Positions 17,583 to 26,704 of a stretch of DNA of 64,000 bases are shown here, in pieces (the first letter of the stretch is position 1; each line of letters starts with the position of its first letter). The position numbers and the translations under genes were made by a program. The notes under the pieces were generated by a model. It was given only the letters and a program-made list of their open reading frames with translations, did no database searches and had not been told where the DNA came from. This DNA comes from Sedimenticolaceae bacterium (GTDB taxonomy: Bacteria > Pseudomonadota > Gammaproteobacteria > Chromatiales > Chromatiaceae): contig JBNKCL010000008.1 in NCBI GenBank assembly GCA_050287725.1, positions 2,129 through 66,128 on the forward strand, read 5' to 3'.

Positions 17583-18050
17583 TTATTTGCGGATCAGTTC
17601 GCTCGGGTTGCCAGTACGGTAACCGTTGCACTGTACGAAGTAGCCGGGCTCCTTGATCTTGCTCATATCAGCAGCCGGCTTGCCACCGTACGGATCGATG
17701 GAACCTTCCGGGGTAGTACGAATGGGGAACTTGAAACGCTTCATGGTGCCGTTGCGGAACTTGATGGTCCACATGATGGAATCGGTACCACGCAGGGGTT
17801 GTACGGAACCACCCAGAGGAACGATGTCGGCGTAAGGACGCGCTTCGATGGCCTGCTGCGGGCAGATCTTGATGCAGGAGTAGCACTCCCAGCACTGCTC
17901 CGGCTCCTGGTTGAAGGCGCGCATCTCATGGCCGGTCTCGGAACCATCCTTATCCAGCTTCATAAGGTTATGCGGGCAGATGTACATGCAAGCGGTCTTG
18001 TCCTGACCCTTGCAGCCATCACACTTGTCGGTACGCACAAAACTTGGCAT
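17583..18050 (-). CDS. aprB: adenylylsulfate (APS) reductase beta subunit
   Basis: 155 aa. MPSFVRTDKCDGCKG...CMYICP and CWECYSCIKICP iron-sulfur motifs, with the characteristic C-terminal tail. Confidence 0.95.
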   Translation of the reverse strand: MPSFVRTDKCDGCKGQDKTACMYICPHNLMKLDKDGSETGHEMRAFNQEPEQCWECYSCIKICPQQAIEARPYADIVPLGGSVQPLRGTDSIMWTIKFRNGTMKRFKFPIRTTPEGSIDPYGGKPAADMSKIKEPGYFVQCNGYRTGNPSELIRK

Positions 18051-18461
18051 GGTGCTTTTCTCCTAGTTTCACTGCAGTGAGTTATTATTGCCGCTTGTGG
18101 CGGCGGTTTCTCGAGTCATATAACCGGTGTCTATCCGGCGTTGGGATCTCAATTCGTTTACCCTGTCCCTGGAAACGGCCACTCCATAAAGCAACCGCAT
18201 GGATAATTCTTCGGGGGAATTTTCGAGCTGAGCAGGCCAAATAACCGCGCTAAATCCCCATTTTTCCTGCCTACGCCCAGCGTCAGGGGCATCAACCATA
18301 ATGAGTTGTCGCGAAAAGTGCCAAACAGTTTTTTGGCAGTGACCATAAATTCGCTTTATCCCCGCTTTGCCTTCCTCCGGCGCTGTGGTTAATATCCCCG
18401 GCGGAAACCGATTACCTATGATTTTCCCAGGAAAATACCCGCCTTTGAGGGGCTGAACCTT

Positions 18462-19127
18462 GTGAACTCCGTGGACAAAAAACCTGTCGCTGCGCTGTTG
18501 CTGATCGCCCCGGGCTGCCCCCACTGTTCCGGCGTCCTGGAGACCTTGAACAGTCTGCTAAAGGAGGGGGTGATAGGGACTCTGGAAGTGGTTAATGTGG
18601 CGGCTCATCCCGAGCGGGCGGAAGCGCTGGGGATACGCTCCGTACCCTGGGTCCGCGTCGGCGGTTTCGAGTCGGAAGGGGCGGTTACACCGGAGAAATT
18701 GCGCTCCTGGGCGGAGCTTTCAGCGGCGGAGGATGCCGGCACCGGCGCCCATTTCAGCCACCTGCTGGAGCGCCGCCGTCTGGACCAGGCGGTCGCACTG
18801 ATCCGGGCCGACCCCCCTCGGCTGGTGGAGCTGGTCACTCTGCTAGAGACGGAAGACACCCCGCTGGCCGTGCGTATCGGCGTGGGGGCCGTCATGGAAG
18901 AACTGGCGGACAGCGGTTTGCTGGAGCACGCATTCCAACGGCTGGTCCAGCTCACTCACTCCCCGGAACCTCATATCCGGGCGGACGCCTGTCACTACCT
19001 GGCACTCTCCGGCAAGCGGGAAGCCCTACCTGAATTCCAGCGTCTGCTGGATGATGAAAACCACGAAGTCCGGGAGATCGCCCGGGAGAGCCTGGAGGCC
19101 CTTGCGGCCGCCGGTCCCCTGCACTGA
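18462..19127 (+). CDS. thioredoxin-fold (CPHC) protein fused to HEAT/PBS-lyase-like repeats
   Basis: GTG start. LLIAPGCPHCSGVLETL active-site-like motif. C-terminal repeats HSPEPHIRADACHYLA and DDENHEVREIARESL. Divergent from aprB. Confidence 0.65.
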   Translation: MNSVDKKPVAALLLIAPGCPHCSGVLETLNSLLKEGVIGTLEVVNVAAHPERAEALGIRSVPWVRVGGFESEGAVTPEKLRSWAELSAAEDAGTGAHFSHLLERRRLDQAVALIRADPPRLVELVTLLETEDTPLAVRIGVGAVMEELADSGLLEHAFQRLVQLTHSPEPHIRADACHYLALSGKREALPEFQRLLDDENHEVREIARESLEALAAAGPLH

Positions 19128-19140
19128 GCAGGGGACCGGC
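19110..19140. terminator. perfect 13-bp hairpin spanning the stop codon between convergent genes
   Basis: GCCGGTCCCCTGC-actga-GCAGGGGACCGGC. No clear U-tract on either side, so its function as an intrinsic terminator is uncertain. Confidence 0.4.
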
Positions 19141-19178
19141 TCGCTTGCCACACCACCCCCTAAAAGTAACCCGCACGA

Positions 19179-19520
19179 TCAACGGTAATGAGGATACCGG
19201 TTGTGGGAGAAAAGATCCCAGAACAGATTCGGCTGCCGGCGCTGGACACGATAACGGTAGTAGGGCCGCTGGTGATATCTGTTAAACCTGTTATAGCGGT
19301 ACTTCGAGAACCGCCTCCGGTCCGGGTAATAGCGGTGCTCCTGATGGATCCTCAGATGTTTGTTCTGTGAGGCCCATGCCGCTTTCTGAACCATCTCGCC
19401 GGATTTCACGCCCCTATCATGGGATCCGGAATGGCCGTAGTAAGATGAACCGGCAAACGCCGGCAGCGCTACGCCGATCCCCAGAACGGCTATCAGAAGG
19501 CCCTTGGTAAAAGTTTTCAT
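19179..19520 (-). CDS. small secreted, highly basic Arg/Tyr/His-rich protein
   Basis: 113 aa. Signal peptide MKTFTKGLLIAVLGIGVALPAFAG. AAGGAGAG Shine-Dalgarno sequence. Confidence 0.6.
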   Translation of the reverse strand: MKTFTKGLLIAVLGIGVALPAFAGSSYYGHSGSHDRGVKSGEMVQKAAWASQNKHLRIHQEHRYYPDRRRFSKYRYNRFNRYHQRPYYRYRVQRRQPNLFWDLFSHNRYPHYR

Positions 19521-19619
19521 TGCTCTCTCCTTGTCAACTGTTTCTCAAGATGCGAGTTCAGTCTATGGGAGGATCCATGAACCTTCGCTGAACGGAATAG
19601 CGATGTCCGACGGCCGCCG
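19445..19619 (-). repeat. duplicated leader plus signal-peptide module, copy A
   Basis: By hand alignment to copy B, about 12 mismatches in about 106 nt of the non-coding part. The similarity continues into the signal-peptide codons. Confidence 0.7.
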
Positions 19620-19625
19620 CTGTTA

Positions 19626-20057
19626 TCAATACCGCCAGTTATTACGATAGTCTTGGCGACGAATCCGGTCTGAATCGTTGGTGTTCAGACCAAAGAGCGG
19701 ATAAGAGTTCCGATATTGGGGGCGATAGCCGTAGTGCGCCCGCTGATTATTGCGTCTCAGCTGATAAATGTGCTTACTGGCGCGGTTTAAGTTGTTCACC
19801 AGGATCTCGCGCTCCCGCTTCGTAATCCGACCGTCCCTGAGAATATCCCGCCGCATTTGCGCGATTCTCTGCTGTTCGCGCCTCAGGATTCGCACCTCTT
19901 CGCGGGTCAACTCACCGGATCTTATTCCTTCTTCGATACGCTTGTTCTGGTTATAACTCCTATCCTTTTCCCTATTGTAAGCCGCGTCGGCAAACGCCGG
20001 CAGCACCATGCCGAGCCCCAGAACGGCAACCAGAAGGCTTTTAGTAGAAATTTTCAT
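19626..20057 (-). CDS. small secreted basic protein with a helical Arg/Glu-rich core (possibly CpxP/Spy-like; low confidence)
   Basis: 143 aa. Signal peptide MKISTKSLLVAVLGLGMVLPAFA. The segment SGELTREEVRILRREQQRI resembles LTxxQ-type motifs. Confidence 0.6.
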   Translation of the reverse strand: MKISTKSLLVAVLGLGMVLPAFADAAYNREKDRSYNQNKRIEEGIRSGELTREEVRILRREQQRIAQMRRDILRDGRITKREREILVNNLNRASKHIYQLRRNNQRAHYGYRPQYRNSYPLFGLNTNDSDRIRRQDYRNNWRY

Positions 20058-20156
20058 TGCTCTCTCCTCTTCAACTGTTTCTCAAGATGCGAGTTCAGTC
20101 TACGAGGGGCCCCATGAACCTTCGCTGAACGGATTAACGACGTCCGGCGGCCGCCG
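19982..20156 (-). repeat. duplicated leader plus signal-peptide module, copy B
   Basis: See copy A. The offset between copies is 537 bp. Confidence 0.7.
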
Positions 20157-20177
20157 GAAGTGCGTGCTGCCTGCGGC

Positions 20178-21110
20178 CTACCCGCCGCCAACAAGGGGCG
20201 ACAGCCATTCAAACCACAGCGGCAGTGTCAACAGGCTCAACATGGTGGTGACGAAGACCGCCGCCGCATACAGCCCGGCATCCAGTTTATAGCGATCACA
20301 CAGGACCACCCCCAGCACCATGGTCGGCATCGCCGCCTCGAGGGTAACCGCCGCCTGCAGCGGCGGCGCCAATCCCGCCTGTCCGACGATCAGCAGGGCG
20401 GCGACCGGCAACAGCAGCAACTGGATAAGCGCCACCGGAAGAAGCAACGACAACCGCTCCCAATGCAGGGTGTCCCAGCGCAGTCCCATGCCGAGAGCAA
20501 TCAACATCAACGGCGGCACCGTGAGCGCCAGCCTCTCCAGAACGCCTTCGAGCCAGGGACTCAGGGGCACACCTGAAAAGTTGAGCACCACGCCGGCGAG
20601 GGCGGCCCACAACGGCGGCACCTTTATCAACGCCAGCAGAGGACTCTCACGGTATTCGGCATCCCCGTGGGATTTGGCCAGCAGTATTCCCAGGGTCAGT
20701 AAAAGCGGTGTGCAGGCGAAAAGATCATACTGAATGGCAACGCTGCGCGCCCAGGGTCCCAGGGTCTCCTCCAGGACAGGCAATCCCAGATAGGTGGCGT
20801 TTGGCCATCCGGCGGCGAGGACCAGGGTTCCAACGGTAACCCTGGGTTTGCCCAGAAGCGTGTAGAGCCATTTGCTCAAACCGGCCCCAAGCAGCACCAT
20901 GGCCGCCGCCACTGCTGCGATCCACAGGGAATCCACTCCCAGCGGCGCCCGCCACAGCACCAACAGGACCAGCGCCGGCAACAACAGTACAAAAACCAGG
21001 CTGGTAAGGGCCTGGCGCAGGGAGTCGGCATCGAGCCCCAACGGCTTTATCAGACGCCATCCCATGCCACACAGGATGAGTACGGCCATCTGGCCAAGGA
21101 CGAATAACAT
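20178..21110 (-). CDS. AEC (auxin efflux carrier) family transporter
   Basis: 310 aa. About 10 hydrophobic segments. Size and composition are typical of the AEC family. Confidence 0.75.
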   Translation of the reverse strand: MLFVLGQMAVLILCGMGWRLIKPLGLDADSLRQALTSLVFVLLLPALVLLVLWRAPLGVDSLWIAAVAAAMVLLGAGLSKWLYTLLGKPRVTVGTLVLAAGWPNATYLGLPVLEETLGPWARSVAIQYDLFACTPLLLTLGILLAKSHGDAEYRESPLLALIKVPPLWAALAGVVLNFSGVPLSPWLEGVLERLALTVPPLMLIALGMGLRWDTLHWERLSLLLPVALIQLLLLPVAALLIVGQAGLAPPLQAAVTLEAAMPTMVLGVVLCDRYKLDAGLYAAAVFVTTMLSLLTLPLWFEWLSPLVGGG

Positions 21111-21149
21111 TTGGACCTGCTACCTTCGGAAATGCCGCTCGAGCCGCCG

Positions 21150-22523
21150 TTAAAGAAAAGTAATCCCTACCTGGAACAACTTCTCCACCTCGGGTATGCG
21201 GCTCTTGTCGATCACGAACAGGATAACGTGGTCCCCGGTGTTGATCACCGTATCGTGATGGGCCATCAACACCTCATCGCCCCGCACCAGCGCGCCGATA
21301 CTGGTCCCGGGCGGCAACTGGATCTCCTCGATCATGCGCCCCACCACCTTAGAGGACTCAGGGTCCCCATGGGCCACCGCCTCAATCGCCTCCGCCGCAC
21401 CCCGGCGCAGGGAATGCACCATGACCACGTCGCCACGACGCACATAGGTCAAAAGGCTGCCGATGGTGGCCTGCTGCGGGGATATGGCGATATCGATCGG
21501 CCCGCTCTCCACCAGATCCACATAGGCGGCACGGTTGATCAGCGCCATAACCTTACGTGCACCGAGCTGCTTGGCCAGCATGGCGGAGAGAATATTGGCC
21601 TCGTCGTCATTGGTTATGGCGCAGAAGACATCGACGTTTTCGATATTCTCCTCCAGCAGCAGATCCTCGTCCGCCGCATCCCCATGCAGCACGATGGTCT
21701 TCTCCAGCTCCTCCGCGATCTTCTGGGCGCGCTCCTTGTCCTGCTCGATCAGCTTGACCTGGTAATCCTTCTCCAGCGCCATCGCCAGACGCATGCCGAT
21801 ATTCCCGCCACCGGCGAAGATCAGGCGTTTGAACGGCTTTTCCAATCTCCGCAGCTCGCTCATCACCGCCCGGATGTTGTTGGCCGCGGCCACGAAAAAC
21901 ACCTCATCGTCCGCCTCGATCACAGTATTGCCCTGCGGCCGGATGGCTTGTCCCTTGCGATAGACGGCCGCCACCCGCGCCTCCACATCCGGCATCCGCT
22001 CATAGAGCGTACGCAACTCCTTGCCCACCAGCGGCCCGCCGTAGTAGGCCCGCACCGCCACCAGCCGCACCCGGCCGCCGGTGAAATCCAGTACCTGGAG
22101 AGCGCCCGGATACTCGATCAACCGCATGATGTAGTCGGTGACCAGTTGCTCCGGACTGATCAGGAGATCAATGGGCAAGGCCTCATTGCCGAACAACTGG
22201 GGATAGCGGGTGAACCCCTGGGCCCGTACCCGCGCGATCTTGGTGGGGGTGTGGAACAGGGTATAGGCGACCCGACAGGCCACCATGTTGGTTTCATCGC
22301 TGTTGGTGACGGCCAGGATCATGTCCGCGTCCTGCGCCCCCGCCCGCCGCAGGATCTCGGGATGGGCGGCATGACCCTGCACCGTGCGCAGATCGAGCCG
22401 GTCCTGGAGCTTGCGCAACAGTTCCGGGTTCTGATCCACCACCGTGATGTCGTTGGCTTCAGAGGCCAGGTTATTCGCAACCGACGATCCTACCTGTCCC
22501 GCGCCGAGAATGATGATTTTCAT
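21150..22523 (-). CDS. trkA: Trk potassium uptake system NAD-binding protein TrkA
   Basis: 457 aa. Two RCK/NAD-binding modules ([12 protein letters not shown] and [10 protein letters not shown]). Conserved position next to rsmB-fmt-def. Confidence 0.9.
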   Translation of the reverse strand: MKIIILGAGQVGSSVANNLASEANDITVVDQNPELLRKLQDRLDLRTVQGHAAHPEILRRAGAQDADMILAVTNSDETNMVACRVAYTLFHTPTKIARVRAQGFTRYPQLFGNEALPIDLLISPEQLVTDYIMRLIEYPGALQVLDFTGGRVRLVAVRAYYGGPLVGKELRTLYERMPDVEARVAAVYRKGQAIRPQGNTVIEADDEVFFVAAANNIRAVMSELRRLEKPFKRLIFAGGGNIGMRLAMALEKDYQVKLIEQDKERAQKIAEELEKTIVLHGDAADEDLLLEENIENVDVFCAITNDDEANILSAMLAKQLGARKVMALINRAAYVDLVESGPIDIAISPQQATIGSLLTYVRRGDVVMVHSLRRGAAEAIEAVAHGDPESSKVVGRMIEEIQLPPGTSIGALVRGDEVLMAHHDTVINTGDHVILFVIDKSRIPEVEKLFQVGITFL

Positions 22524-22551
22524 GATTACTCCGCTTCCCCGACCAACACCG

Positions 22552-23919
22552 CTATTTTCGCTGTTTGATCTCGATGCCCAAAGACTTCAACTTCCGGTAG
22601 AGGTGGGTACGCTCCAGCTCCGCCTCTTCCGCCGTCTGACCCACGTTGCCGTCGTGTTTATTCAGCTGATATTCGAAATAGGCCCGCTCGAACTGCTCCC
22701 GCGCCAACCGTAACGGTTGATCGAAGGAGAACGGAAACCCGGCGCCGCTCTCGATCGCCAGCCGACCGCCCCCGATGGTGATCTCCACCTCCTCTTGCAT
22801 GATCTCATCCCCCGCACCCAGGATCAGGAGCCGCTGCACCATGTTTTTGAGCTCCCGTACATTACCCGGCCAGGAGTAGTTGCGCAGATAGTTTTGCGCT
22901 CCCACGCTGAACCGCCGGTAGGGCAGTTTTTCGTGCGTGGCGAAATAGTCCACATAATAGTTGAGGAGATCGGAAACATCCTCATGGTGCTCGCGCAACG
23001 GCGGGATGTGAAGCGGCACCACGTTGAGATGATAGAAAAGATCTTCCCGGAACCGCCCGGCCCGCACCTCTTCCTCCAGGTCGCGCCGGGTGGCGGCGAT
23101 AATGCGCACGTCGATCTGCACCGGATCGGTCCCGCCCACACGCAAAAAGGCGCCAGTGTCCAACGCCCCCAGCAACTGTCGCTGCGCCTCGCCGTCCATA
23201 TCGGCCACTTCGTCCAGGAACAACGTGCCGCCGCGCGCCTCCTCCAGTGCGCCGTAATGGATGCGTCCGCCCTCTTCGCTCCCGAACAGCTCCCGCGCTG
23301 CGTTACCGGCGGTGATGGAGGAGACCCCCACATCCACGAACGGGCGCTCGCGCCGCGCACTTTGATGATGCAGATAGCGGGCAAAGGTCTCCCGACCGAC
23401 ACCCGGCTCCCCGGTGATCAATACCCAGGTATCGTGCTGCGCCAACCGTTTTACCTGTTCCCGCAACCGCTGCATTACCGCGCTGCGGCCGGTGGGCTCC
23501 ACCACGTGGCGCGGATGGCGGCGCAGGCCGATATTCTCCTGCTGCAGCTTATCCGCTTCCAGCGCCCGCCCCACGGTCAACAGAAGTTTGGCCAGCGAGA
23601 GCGGCTTCTCCAGAAAATCGTACGCCCCCAGGCGGGTCGCCTCTACCGCCGTCTCCACCGTGCCGTGCCCCGACATCATAATCACAGGACAGGGCAGGCC
23701 GTCCTCTTCCGCCCACTCCTTTAACAGAGTGATGCCGTCGATGTCGGGCATCCAGATATCAAGCAATACCAGATCCGGCCGCCGGTCCCGCAGTGCCCGC
23801 CGGGCCGTGGCGCCGTCCTCGGCCGTGGCGACGGTGTAGTGTTCATCCTCCAGGATCTCCTTTACCAGGTTGCGGATATCCGGTTCGTCATCCACCACCA
23901 GGACATGGGATGCAGTCAT
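22552..23919 (-). CDS. ntrX: NtrX-like response regulator (REC + AAA+ + HTH)
   Basis: [11 protein letters not shown]...[11 protein letters not shown] receiver domain. Walker A GEPGVGRE. The GAFTGA position reads GGRIHYG. C-terminal HTH. Overlaps the kinase gene by 4 nt. Confidence 0.8.
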   Translation of the reverse strand: MTASHVLVVDDEPDIRNLVKEILEDEHYTVATAEDGATARRALRDRRPDLVLLDIWMPDIDGITLLKEWAEEDGLPCPVIMMSGHGTVETAVEATRLGAYDFLEKPLSLAKLLLTVGRALEADKLQQENIGLRRHPRHVVEPTGRSAVMQRLREQVKRLAQHDTWVLITGEPGVGRETFARYLHHQSARRERPFVDVGVSSITAGNAARELFGSEEGGRIHYGALEEARGGTLFLDEVADMDGEAQRQLLGALDTGAFLRVGGTDPVQIDVRIIAATRRDLEEEVRAGRFREDLFYHLNVVPLHIPPLREHHEDVSDLLNYYVDYFATHEKLPYRRFSVGAQNYLRNYSWPGNVRELKNMVQRLLILGAGDEIMQEEVEITIGGGRLAIESGAGFPFSFDQPLRLAREQFERAYFEYQLNKHDGNVGQTAEEAELERTHLYRKLKSLGIEIKQRK

Positions 23920-26159
23920 CGATTTTCACTCCTCTTCTCTTCCGGCCCCGGGAGTACGGCGCACGCCGCCGCGCGCTCTTCCACCGCACCGGTCAATACC
24001 GGCAATCGCAGGATGACTCGCGCGCCCCCCTCCGGGCGATTCTCGGCCCAAATCATACCCCCGTGCTCCTCTACGATCTTTTTCACGATCGCCAATCCGA
24101 GCCCGGTACCCTTGGCCTTGGTGGTCACATAGGGTTCGAACAGATGGTTGGGACTGTCATCCGCAAAACCGGAACCGTTGTCCACCACCTGGACCTCCAG
24201 AAACCGGCACTCCGCTTCGCTCTTCTGGCGCGTAATAACCTCAACCCGGCCGTCCTTCCGGCCGGTCACCGCCTCTTGGGCATTCTTTACCAAATTGTGG
24301 ATCACCTGCCGCAGCCGCAAGGGGTCTCCCTTGATCCGCGCCTGCTCCGAATCCAGGGAAGAAACCAATTGCCATCCGCCACGGGTGGTACGATATAGCT
24401 CCAGTACCTCGGAAAGAAAAGAATCCACCTCGATGGGTTGCAGATTCATTTGCGGCGGCCGGGCATAATCGGAAAAGGCGTTCAGCATCTCCTTCATCGC
24501 CTCCACCTGCTGAACGATGGTGTGTGTTGACCGCTCCAGCACTTCCGCGTCTTCGGCATTCATCTGACGCAGGTATTTGTGCCGTAACCGCTCTGCCGAC
24601 AGCTGAATCGGTGTCAACGGATTCTTGATCTCGTGGGCGAGGCGCCGCGCCACCTCACCCCAGGCGGCGTTCCGCTGCGCCCGGATCAGGGCGGTAATGT
24701 CGTCAAACACCAATACATCGCCCGCACTGTCGCCGTCCGGCCGTTGCAAAAGCGTGCTGCGGCACAGCAGGATCTGACGCCCCTCACCGCCATACAGGGT
24801 CAGTTGTTCACTCCACTCCTCCCGCTGCTCGGAATGAACCCTGAGCAGTATCTCCACCAACTGTTCCAGATGGGGATGATCCTCCGCCAACACCCGTAGC
24901 GGTTTGCCGAGATAGTTGCCGACATCCAGCCGCAGGATCTCCCCGGCCGCCGCATTGGCGGTTCGCAGACAGCCCTCCGGATCGATGGTCATCACGCCGG
25001 AAGAGAGTTGCCCCAGCACCGTTTCCAGATAAGAGCGCTGCGCCTCGACCTGGCGCTGACTCCGGTCGGCGGCGTCCCGCGCCTGGGCGATACGGCGCGT
25101 CATGGCGTTGAACGAAGCCACTACAAAACTGAGTTCGTCGTGGCTGCGCGGTAACGGTAACTGCATGTCGTAATCCCCGCTCGCCACCGCCCGGGTACCC
25201 TCTGCGATATCGGTTACCGGCCGCACCAGACGCTGAGCGGAAAACAACGCCGCCCATACCGCCGCGAGCAGGCTGAAAAGAAGCACCAAAGCCAACGTCA
25301 GGGTGAAGGTGCTCTTCAGACTCCCACGCAGGTAAGCCAATTCGTGATAGTGGTTGTAGGCCTGCTGCACCTTCTCCGTGAGGAGACTGATACTTTCGGT
25401 GGTGGGATAAAGCGCCTGCAACAACAAGGGGCGCGTGGGATCGGCAACCACCACCCGCACCTCCAGCAGTTTGCCTTCTCCCTTCGGCAACAGGCCGACG
25501 AAACTTCCGCCATCCCGCACCTGCTCCAGGATCGAACGGTCGGGAAGTTCCGGCACCAGCACCGTTGGGTCGACATTGATGGTGGTAATAACCTGGCCTG
25601 ACGGCTCCAGCAACGTCAACTCGGAGGCGCCGGATCGCTCACGCTCCTCCGACAGGCTCAGCGTCATACCGGCAACCGAGACTTCCGTCAGTTGTGTCAG
25701 GATCTTCTCGGTGCTGCGCAATCGCTCACGCCGGTGCAAATCGAGCGAGGCGCGACTCAGCTGCAGGGCGTCTTCCATAGCGCCGTCGATCTGAACGTCG
25801 AACCAACTGTCGATGCCGTGCAGCAAAAACTGCTGCGAATAGAAATAGACCACCGATACCGGCACCAACGACAACAGCGCAAACAACAGCACCATGCGCA
25901 AAGTAAGGCGGGAACCGGCCACATGGCGACGATAGCTGGCAACCAGCTGCGCCACGTTCACCACCACCAACACTACCAGCGCCACCAGGCCGAACAGAAT
26001 AAAAAGCAGCAACGGCAGATACAACCGATTCAGCTGCTCCGCATTCTGCACCGCGCTGCTCATCAGATGCAGCGCCACCAACAGCAACAGCAGGAGCGCC
26101 GCTACCGGAAGCGTGCTGCGCGAAATCGGTTTTACGGATTGATTTCGCATGCGCCCCAA
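23916..26159 (-). CDS. ntrY: NtrY-like sensor histidine kinase (TM-HAMP-PAS-HisKA-HATPase)
   Basis: 747 aa. N-terminal TM segments. H-box LAHEIKNPLTPI. N/G boxes NLVKNAQEA and GTGLGLAIV. Confidence 0.8.
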   Translation of the reverse strand: MGRMRNQSVKPISRSTLPVAALLLLLLVALHLMSSAVQNAEQLNRLYLPLLLFILFGLVALVVLVVVNVAQLVASYRRHVAGSRLTLRMVLLFALLSLVPVSVVYFYSQQFLLHGIDSWFDVQIDGAMEDALQLSRASLDLHRRERLRSTEKILTQLTEVSVAGMTLSLSEERERSGASELTLLEPSGQVITTINVDPTVLVPELPDRSILEQVRDGGSFVGLLPKGEGKLLEVRVVVADPTRPLLLQALYPTTESISLLTEKVQQAYNHYHELAYLRGSLKSTFTLTLALVLLFSLLAAVWAALFSAQRLVRPVTDIAEGTRAVASGDYDMQLPLPRSHDELSFVVASFNAMTRRIAQARDAADRSQRQVEAQRSYLETVLGQLSSGVMTIDPEGCLRTANAAAGEILRLDVGNYLGKPLRVLAEDHPHLEQLVEILLRVHSEQREEWSEQLTLYGGEGRQILLCRSTLLQRPDGDSAGDVLVFDDITALIRAQRNAAWGEVARRLAHEIKNPLTPIQLSAERLRHKYLRQMNAEDAEVLERSTHTIVQQVEAMKEMLNAFSDYARPPQMNLQPIEVDSFLSEVLELYRTTRGGWQLVSSLDSEQARIKGDPLRLRQVIHNLVKNAQEAVTGRKDGRVEVITRQKSEAECRFLEVQVVDNGSGFADDSPNHLFEPYVTTKAKGTGLGLAIVKKIVEEHGGMIWAENRPEGGARVILRLPVLTGAVEERAAACAVLPGPEEKRSENR

Positions 26160-26704
26160 TCGCTCGACAGGTTCCAGGAGGGCGAGATATAGGCCATGGA
26201 TCGCAGCGGCAGCGGCAGCGCGTCGATATCGAGAACCGTACGCAACTGCAATTTATAGCTCTCTCCCTGCTCCAGTTTTCCCTGCTCAATCACCGGCAGC
26301 GCCCGGACTTCCCCCAGCGCCGACAGCGCCGCGTCACGCGTGGCGAAGCTTTGTTGATGACCGCTCTCAAGATCCACCAATTGGTAAAGCGCCGCCAACG
26401 AATGGTAGCGAAGCTGCAGACTCACACGCCGGTCTACAACATCTCTTTCCCATAACCAGGCGCCCTTGCGCCGCAACTGGAGATGAAGTTGCAAGGTCAG
26501 CGGAACACCGTTGGCAAGCGCCTCCAACGCCTTCTCGGAGAAGTCGTATCGAATATCCGCATTCAGCTGATAACTCCCATCCTGCAGTTGGCATTCCATC
26601 CGAGTAACCTCGAATTCGCCCGTCCAACCGACCATCGGGAAAAACAGCAACCCCGCTACCAGCCAATACCGGCATCGTCGTCGCGGTAGATATTTAGCGA
26701 TCAC
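26132..26704 (-). CDS. DUF4390-like periplasmic protein
   Basis: 190 aa with a signal-like N-terminus. It sits between rsmB and ntrY, where this family occurs in beta- and gammaproteobacteria. The family call is from memory. Confidence 0.55.
   Translation of the reverse strand: MIAKYLPRRRCRYWLVAGLLFFPMVGWTGEFEVTRMECQLQDGSYQLNADIRYDFSEKALEALANGVPLTLQLHLQLRRKGAWLWERDVVDRRVSLQLRYHSLAALYQLVDLESGHQQSFATRDAALSALGEVRALPVIEQGKLEQGESYKLQLRTVLDIDALPLPLRSMAYISPSWNLSSDWGACEINP

Noticed and set aside
18069-18524. 151-aa minus-strand ORF inside the aprB upstream region.
   Set aside because: It overlaps the start of the thioredoxin/HEAT gene, has no Shine-Dalgarno sequence or recognisable domain, and has a non-coding-like composition. 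The region is better explained as a divergent promoter and leader.
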